A stretch of DNA of 55,409 bases, filler included, from Jimgerdemannia flammicorona (taxonomy: Eukaryota): assembly GCA_003990765.1 (NCBI GenBank). It is 3 parts of 3 records of this genome, joined end to end, with 100 filler letters (N's around TTAATTAATTAA, not from the genome) between each part and the next. Parts side by side here need not be neighbours in the genome. Positions count along the whole stretch, not along the records: positions 37,019 to 55,409 come from RBNJ01002220.1; 2 more parts are not named here. One strand, written 5' to 3'. The notes under the pieces were generated by a model. It worked only from the letters and a program-made list of their open reading frames with translations, was not told the origin of the DNA and made no database searches. The stretch's first letter is position 1, and every line of letters starts with the position of its first letter. Positions 47,488 to 55,409 of the stretch are shown here, in pieces. A program made the position numbers and the translations under genes.

Positions 47488-50400
47488 TAAAATACCATCT
47501 CAAACCAAAGGAGGAGGATCGTGTAGCTTTGGAGCCATGAGTAACCGTCTGCGTATTTCGGAAGGCTTCCCTGCAAAGATTCGATGCAAATTCGTTTAAA
47601 CCCTATATATCCCATGGACAAAAATGACAGCACATGAAATCAAGTTTCTACCTGGGCCAGCACATACGAGCAAGTAACGATCGGAAGTGTATAGGTGCAT
47701 AAGTCGAGATAATTGTAAACCTAAAAAGATTTAAGTCAAACAGAGGTGTCACATTTTTGAAATGGACACTGGATATGCAAGCAAATGAATCAGTACGATA
47801 CAAAAACTTACACTATAGAAATATGCTTTCGGCTCGGCCGTCATCTGCCTGAATTCTTGAAACAGGAAAAAGCACGCAATGACAATAGAGATACACATGA
47901 CGGCGTATAAGGTGAGGGAGGTGAGGGTGTCAGGCGGCTGTACGCTGGCCAGACCAATCCCGACAGAAACAGTAATAGCAAAGAACAAGTGGAGGAAGAA
48001 AATGAAGTACACGTAGTACTTTGCGTAGGTGTTCCTATAAGAGAAAAGAGTATTGCCGAATGAGCTATATACGAGCCCTGCCGGACACGGCAAAAATAAT
48101 GTTATAAAATTTAACTTGCCACTTGAAAGCTAGTGTCGCCTCCATCACCGCTGAATCAAACAATGGATCTCTGCCGGCGAGAGCTTCCCTTGAGAAAGGG
48201 CTTCTTGGCTTGATCCAAGTATCCCAAAAGCTGCTTTTTTCGTGGGGGTAGATGCAAAGGTCCGCGAGAGGAACTGTTTGACGAGAAGTGTTATTATCAA
48301 GATGTATCACAAGAAGGTTGCACACATCAATTTTTTTTTTTTTTTTTTTTTTGCACTTACCAACGCAAACTCGCAACGGTAGCCCATCGTCGTCCAATTT
48401 TTCAATCAAATCGCTGCTTTCTTCCGCTCTTTCGTGGAAGAATGTATTGGCGAACATTCGGTATGACAATTTCACACTCAGTTGCTCGTTGATGAAAATG
48501 GGTTGGAGCGCGTCCGTGACGTTTGGACCATAATGCGACAGGACCTTGCCATTCTCGTTCACGAACTGCTCCATCGCAGACGGCAGATAAGAAACGCGTT
48601 TGAGCATGTACGTGACGACTGACGGGTAAGTGATACAGAGGTCGCTGATGTTGGCGGCAATGAGCACCATGTACGCGGCGTCGGTGTGGCCGCCAGGTTC
48701 GTTGTGGAATCGCTGAAAGTAATTCATCAATTTAAGAACCATCTGGGTGTTCCTATTCTTGATGGCCAATGCAAGTGAGGTCGAGTCGGTGGACAGTCGC
48801 GAATGGTGACAGCGCGGCAGATAGGTGTTTTTCTTAAGGATCATGATGGCTAGCTCGTTGAGGCGTGGATCCAAGTGGGTGTTCTCTTGAATGAGCTTGC
48901 CAATCAAGGTGACGCCTTTGCCAGCATGCGTGAAATTATTGATCCTGCTCGCATAATAGCCACAAAATCCCACAACAGCCTCTATCTGTACTGCGCAATT
49001 CCCTTCTGGAATAGCGGCGACTAGATCGACAGCATCAAAGAGATGATCGACAATGAAGTGGCTGAAACGATCGCCTAGGTCGGGAAGAGTGAGTTCGTAC
49101 TGGAGGTACATGGCGGTAGTTTCATCACGGATGGTAATATCCTCGCCTTCAACACACCGCAGCCGCAGTTTGACGTGCCCGGAGCTGTTAATAAGCACAA
49201 TGGCGTGGATAATCCTCTGCCGCTCCAACTTTTTGAGAAGCTTTTTTGCTTTGAAATTTTTGGCGCTAACCGCGTTGCCGTTCGGTTCGACGAGGGGAGT
49301 GGACCAAATATACTGTAGTGCCAGCGGCGAGTTTTCTTGTGGTGTTATCCAAACCTAAGCCGCCGCATAAATCGTGAGCAATTATACTCAAAGGGCTGCT
49401 CACAATGAATTTCAATAAAAACGCGAACGAGCGCAAAAATACCTGGACAGTATTGCTGCCGACAATCAGGCACCTCTTCCCATCCTCCAGCAGATAAGCG
49501 GAAAGCAAATCGCCTATACCATTTTCGTTGTCCGAACTACTTCTCATCCACGGCTCAGGATATAGCACGACGCTGGGCTGCCCTTGGACTTCGATGCAGA
49601 CGAAATGTTTCAAGTACCTCAACTCGGAGTTGCTGAGTTCGGCGGTGACTACATCAATTTTGATGGAAACATTTCCGTTTTTGCTTTGCATTGGCGTGGT
49701 GTATCTGAACACGTCATCATTGTCGTAATCCTTAGATCCGCTGGGAAGATGGCAAGAAAACATGAATCAATTTGCGTGGCGAGGGGAAATATAAAGAAAA
49801 TATAAGATCTTGTCGTAACTCACCTCGGATGTTCTGCTATACAGCAAAAATGTTCAGAAATTGTCTTTGTCAGCTCGACTGTCGATGTTGTAATGTCGAA
49901 TCCGTCAATCGCAATGATCGTCCCTCTGTTGAATAAAACGCGGCCAAAAACCGGCACAGCATCACACCGCGTGGTGGCAATGACCTGACAGTCGTTATAA
50001 ATGTCTCTGATCTGAGCCTCAATTATTGCGGCGCTGTTTTCACCTTCGCCGGCAGGACGCCGAATCAAGGTTACGATACGATCCTCAATGTCCGTGAAAC
50101 CGACGTAGCTAATGTCTCCCCTTTCCACATTCTCCACCCTCTCCCCTAACCGAAGTCCCGTGCGAGCGTCAAAAACGGTTAATTTGCCTCGGATCCCGGC
50201 GATAACTGCAAGATCTCCGGAGGCGGAGATGGCCATCTTGCTATAACCGTAGAAAGAGGATCCCATGTGCTTGTATCCTTCAGCACTTTGTAGTCGCATT
50301 TTCATGCGGCCGGACTTCACGGAGAAGATGGACGCAATGTTCTCGGACTCGAGTCGAATCATGGAGAGGTTAATTGCAGAGTTGATCATGATATTGGTCG

Positions 50401-53306
50401 TGATATGCTTTGAGATAGAATCTCCCGTTTGGAAGGAGCGCAGGTCTAGCCAGTGGTCGAGCTTCCAGGTCGTCGCGTCAAACACATAGAGATAGTCTGT
50501 GGTGGAGAATAAGAACTTTTCCGATGTGTGGGGGGTCTGCGGCATTGCGAAGGAAGATCCACGAACGTTTTCGCTCGATTTTTGTACGGACGTGGGCTGA
50601 AGTATATTCCTGGGGTTTATTTGTTGGAGAGTAGTGCTACTTTCGGTCATCATATGCGCTTGGATCTCGGCCTGATCGACTTGTGGGTGAACGAACTTGG
50701 CAAATCCTGCGAGGTTTCTGATACTCGGCAGCCTGACGATTTTCTTCGGATTGTTCAGCGTCGGATCGATCGAGTAGGCCGTGCACGAAAGCGATGCCTG
50801 ATGCTGATCGGAACTCTCTGTGACAATATCGCTCCGCGGGATGGGCTCCTCGTAGATGACCAGACTTCGAGCGTCGTTGCGGATGGCGACGGAGGTGGCC
50901 GCGTACGGGGTGCTGATATAAAGGTCAGCGATGGCGGCGAACTTCCAGTTGGTGTATCTCTCCAGTGAGCCGTCGTGGACGGACCAGACAGTGACGTGAC
51001 CGTCCTGCCGCGACAGCGAGACCAGATGGGTGCCAGACTCCGAAAGCGAGATCCGATCGATGGGGCTTTGATGCGGCGTCGAAACCGACTTGTGGTGGTT
51101 CTGTTCTGAGTCCGAGCTCTTATCACTTTTCTGGCTTTCGTTTTCATTGATGCGGTTTCGCGGCCTTAGCTCGACCCAATCGAAGTGCTGCAGGAAGGAG
51201 ACCCAACCAGTCGTGTCAGATTCACACCTATCAAAATCCTGATGGCAAAGCCTTTAAACAATTCCCCCCATTCACGTACCAGCCCATAATATTCATCTCG
51301 GTCATTGCCTTTCCTTGTGCGAAAGGTCACTGCGCTCCATCCCAGTGTCGGTTGCAGTACAAAAGCCTCCGGCATCGGCCATTCGAACCAGCCTAGACAT
51401 TAAATTGAGGATTTTTTTCTTAGAAGCAGGGAACATGCGGAAAAATTATTCAAAAATGGTAGGATGTCACCATCACCATACCTTCACCTTTGTGCCTATT
51501 TAATTCCTCGGCCTTTATGTCGAGAGTCAGCTGACTGGCGCCATTTGGAGTCTGGTCCTGGAGAATTGGATGTCACAGGTATTTAGTCCCGCTCTCATGT
51601 CACGAATGCGATTGTTTCTCAAATTCCGACTTACTGGAAACAAGCCTTGCACGGTAAATTGTATCTCCATGTCATCTAGTTGAATTTATCAATGAGAGGT
51701 GTCTTAGAGTGTGAGTGTCTGATTGGTGAGGCAATTTCATTGTGAGCGATCGATGGCAACAAACGAATAATCGACTACATGCCTGTTCCAACGAAACTAT
51801 CTGCGTCAATTTTTATTCTCCATATCACATCGTAGGTGTTTGCGGGGATGTATCTCAAATAGCCAGCAAACTGAAAATCAAAGAAGTAGTGATGTAAGCA
51901 ATCTTGCAAGATATCGAATAGCCGCGAAGTGATTAGAGGAAACGGGTTTGGTCAAACTATAATACATACATCCCATTCATGCGCGCGATGGATATACACA
52001 ACTTTCCCAAACTCACTGTTAACACGTGGGAGCGAGCGTATGTCAATATATATTCTTGTTTGTCGCCTCAAAACTTTGCCTGCGACTCATTTACCTCTCT
52101 TCATGATCCATAATCTGATAACCCGCACCCGCACAGTGGTCATCGTCTTTGCGCGTGTCGAAATTTTCGCCAGCGAAAAATATTCGGTATGATTCCTTGG
52201 GGTCAAATAGAGATAGGATGGTGGGGTCAAGCAACGAGTCGCTGGAGAAGTTCTCTTCAATGTTCGTCTTGGGGGGTAGAGTTTGCTGAATTCTGGCTGG
52301 TGATTTTTGTTGGTGTTTCGTCAGCCGCCTCAATTCGACGTAGTCGAATGACTTAACGGAGAGTTGGGATTAGAATATGTGTACGGTCAGGTTGGTATCA
52401 ATCCCCGATCCTTCATTATTGAAGGCAACCAAATAAGAGCTTACCAGATTCCTCTTGTAATCGCCGTTGGTGTTATAAATAACAAACTTGACGTCGACGC
52501 CCCCATAGCAAGGCTCGATATAGACACAGTCAGGGAGAATGTACTCGACCCAGCCTACAAATAGGAGACGGTATGAGCTCCAATGCTATATAGGACGAGC
52601 GGAATTCAAAAGGTCAAATTGGTATCTCCACACCTTTGCCATTATTGTCCTTAAAAATTTGCTCATCCACCGGGTGGTTGATGTCACCGGATTTATTGGC
52701 AGGATCGGTCTAAAGGAAATGCAACAAGAGACCGTTTGAGTACTCCATTGAAATCTCGGATGGCAATAATCAATCCATGCAAGAGCGCGCACCTTTCTGC
52801 GAGGTTCGACCAAGAAACTTAGTCCCCCAGGAAGGTCTGTATCAGGACGATTGTCTGTCTCCGTTCGAATCGATGCCACCAGGTGGTAGGTTCCCGAGAG
52901 GACGCCGTGAAAATATCCTTCGACCTGCCATAAAGCTTACTTTAGTATCCGAATCGCCGTTCATAAGAAGAACACATTAAATTCAAATGCACTAACCCAC
53001 ATCCAACTAGCTTCCTTGCATAATGCAACTTTACCCCCACGTTCGCTGTGATGCAATATGAGTAAGTATGCGGACGCGATGATGGAAGACATAGCATTTA
53101 TTGAATCAAGCGCACCTAGTGTGATCCTCCGGCAAGCCCCAGCTCTCACCCAAGAAATTGTCAATGACGAGCGCGTCCTTGCCTGAGTCGTTGCTATAGG
53201 TATCAGGGGTGTAGTCGGCAGCGTAGACGCGGTAGAGCACTTCGTCCGTCTTCTCAAATTCGCCCTCCATGGGGATCACGACTGCGTTGTTTCTCCGGTT
53301 CGACAT
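46485..53306 (-). CDS. Large multi-exon protein: two PP2-like lectin domains, WD40-like propeller region, helical linker, TRP-type 6TM channel, coiled coil
   Basis: Spliced translation: WGLPED..VALCKEASWMW/VEGYFHGV..GTY..G/WVEY..YKRNL/SFDYVELRR. Second copy FAGYLRYIPANTYDVIWRIK..G/WFEWPMP..YYGL/HFDWVELRP. Then GHVTVWS, MAISASGD, LTVFDARTG; ATLAFKW, FLFQEFRQM, TYFFVTGDY, LLNMLISLMSDV, WLGQLASVIAEVE, WFPTYIYY. Not every exon junction was checked. Confidence 0.8.
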
Positions 53307-53699
53307 ATTGACGATGGGCTCAAGAGAAGGAAGTCAACGTCTGGGAAAGAAAGAAAAAAAAACCCCCCCCGATCTCATAAAAATATATCAGCGAGAGCCG
53401 CAGTCATTCCACGAGATCCCAAAAATAGAAACGCGTGTAAAGCCGAATAGCACTATCTTGTATCCACCCTTACCTTATTCAGCCCATCAAATTACTGTCC
53501 ATATGCAGGGTTACCCAAGTGGGACTTTAGCAGTCCCAGATTTACGTAATTACAATGTGACCAACCATACGAAAACCGCAAGCCGCAAGCCGCAAGCAAG
53601 CCGTAAACCCCAAACCCCAAGGGCAAGCCCCAAGCTACTCAAGCCATAAGCTGCTCAAGCCATAAAAGCTGCAATTCTGGCCTAAACTATATTGAAAAA

Positions 53700-55205
53700 A
53701 AAAAAAACTTTTAAATATTCTGACTAATAATAAAATAAAATAAAAGTGATGATTATTAATATATATAAATCAATGTCTATATATTATAATATTTAAAATA
53801 CAATATATAATATAGTTATAAATATAATTCAAATTATAGCAAAGTAGTCAAAGTTATTTATTATAATAAAACTATATACTGATAGAATTAATATGTTGTA
53901 GATAATCAAGATGACTATGTATCAGTTCTAAGTTCTGAGTTTTTGTAAGAAAGTGCTGAGTTCTAATTACCTGTTATGGCAGAGTCTAGGTATTGCTTTT
54001 GGATTCTTATACTGATAGAAGTGCCATACTTGTATCTCAAGTTAATCAGGCTCAGAATTATTAACAAGTCAGATCTGTGGGTTCTATAATAAGAATACTA
54101 CTTTATTTTTATATTTAAAAAAAGCAGAGCTGAGGTTATAATATACTTATTATAGAGAATATTTATATATTTGAGGCTATGACTAAATATAATATGCTGG
54201 ATATATCTATATATATTTATACTATTTTAGATAACTATAACTACTAGTTAGAAATTCTATAGGAATTTCTATAGAAATTTCAGTAGCTTGTAAATATGTA
54301 AAAAATTATTATATATATTCTTTCCTTCTTTGTCTGAGCCTACTCATTAGACTCAGTACTAAACTCTAGATACTTATCAAATTGCAAAGCAGTATATTAG
54401 ACTATTTGAAAAACAATATCACTCTATTATTCATTATTTAAATTAATAATATTCTTAGAGAATATTCTATAGAAGTAGTCAAGAACTTGAGATTAGATAC
54501 AGAAAAGGACATAAAGTCTTTTGGCAATAATGTAAATGTAATTATTAATAAAAAGATAGGTTTATTATTTGATAATACTGAGAGTAGCTTTTGATAGATA
54601 AGATATTTTATATTATAATACTTCTTTAATTCTTATTAGTACTTCTCTTCATTAGAGGTATTCAGAAATATGACTGTCTTTCAGAAATTCTATCAGAATT
54701 TCTATTATATCAGATGTTTATATTGGATTACTATATACTTCTTCTATATTTGGCAAAAGATTGTCTTCTTTTTCTTAGATAGTATTATACTCAAGATATC
54801 CTTTCTATTTTATAAAATAGTACTAGGTAAACTTGTAGCTCATTCAAATTAGTAGTTCTTATAATTTAGAATATAGTTTATTTTATATTCTAGTTACTGA
54901 TTAATAATTACTGAATTTAGAGATAATATAGTTCTTCCTTCAAAGGTGTTTAGGATATATAGCTAAAGTTGAGATATATATAAAATACTGAGTAAATTCT
55001 TCTTAATATTGCTAGGAGATCTAACTTATATATAATAGATTATATTTTTCAAGGATCTTAAATAGTCCAATATAGTAGAGTCTAAGCTTTATTTTGAAAT
55101 CTATATTATCTAGAGTCAGATATTAGATATTGAGTAATACTTGTTTTTCTTTTTTGTAGATGACTTTTTTTCTATTTTTATCAGTATATACTACTTATAT
55201 CTTTG
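53700..55205. mobile_element. Extremely AT-rich, CpG-free transposon relic of unresolved class
   Basis: TpA-rich. Contains the inverted homologue of 38225-38535. Preceded by short (c)aagcc repeats at 53575-53670. Confidence 0.5.
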
Positions 55206-55207
<2 letters not shown>

Positions 55208-55283
<76 letters not shown>

Positions 55284-55409
55284 GAACTCATGTTCTATGG
55301 ATTTTTATTGGAAGAGAACCTAGACTATATAGGCCAAAACCCTCCTCCACCACCCACCAAGCACTGCCCTCTCATTAACCTAGGCTAGTTATTTTTTTGT
55401 TGTTTGTCC
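55208..55409 (-). mobile_element. Retroposon R1, copy 3 (3' end and poly(A); probably cut by the window edge)
   Basis: 55285-55392 matches 12522-12630, following a ~70-nt T run. Confidence 0.88.

Noticed and set aside
50755..51147. 130-aa basic ORF as the TRP gene start
   Set aside because: Wrong frame; the overlapping frame continues the WD40-like exon and splices to upstream exons.

Overview
Eukaryotic, intron-containing fungal DNA. The gene content (Crinkler effector, TKL kinase, WD40-TRP channels, MATH-BTB, kinesin-light-chain-type TPR remnants) suggests Mucoromycota; this is an inference. Two 100-bp N/TTAATTAATTAA/N linkers (18410-18509, 36919-37018) split the window into three assembly pieces. 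About two thirds is nested, C-to-T-decayed retroelements: two Ty3/Gypsy chromovirus families (A and B) each with a solo LTR, an older Gypsy relic, L1/Tx1-type LINEs and poly(A)-tailed non-autonomous retroposons. Host genes: a MATH-BTB gene with a premature stop, an intact CRN-REase-kinase, a TRP-channel pseudogene, a TKL pseudokinase, and one large gene with 2x PP2-like lectin, WD40-like and TRP-type channel domains. Main discoveries: (1) Gypsy A encodes a ~365-aa accessory protein inside its ~2.06-kb LTR, behind its own TATA-like box. Gypsy B carries a decayed homologue between pol and the PPT, so this accessory gene family occupies two different positions. (2) Gypsy A also has a dUTPase between the Gag zinc knuckle and the protease. 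(3) Two retroposons with unrelated bodies share the same ~50-nt 5' head. All alignments and translations were done by eye.
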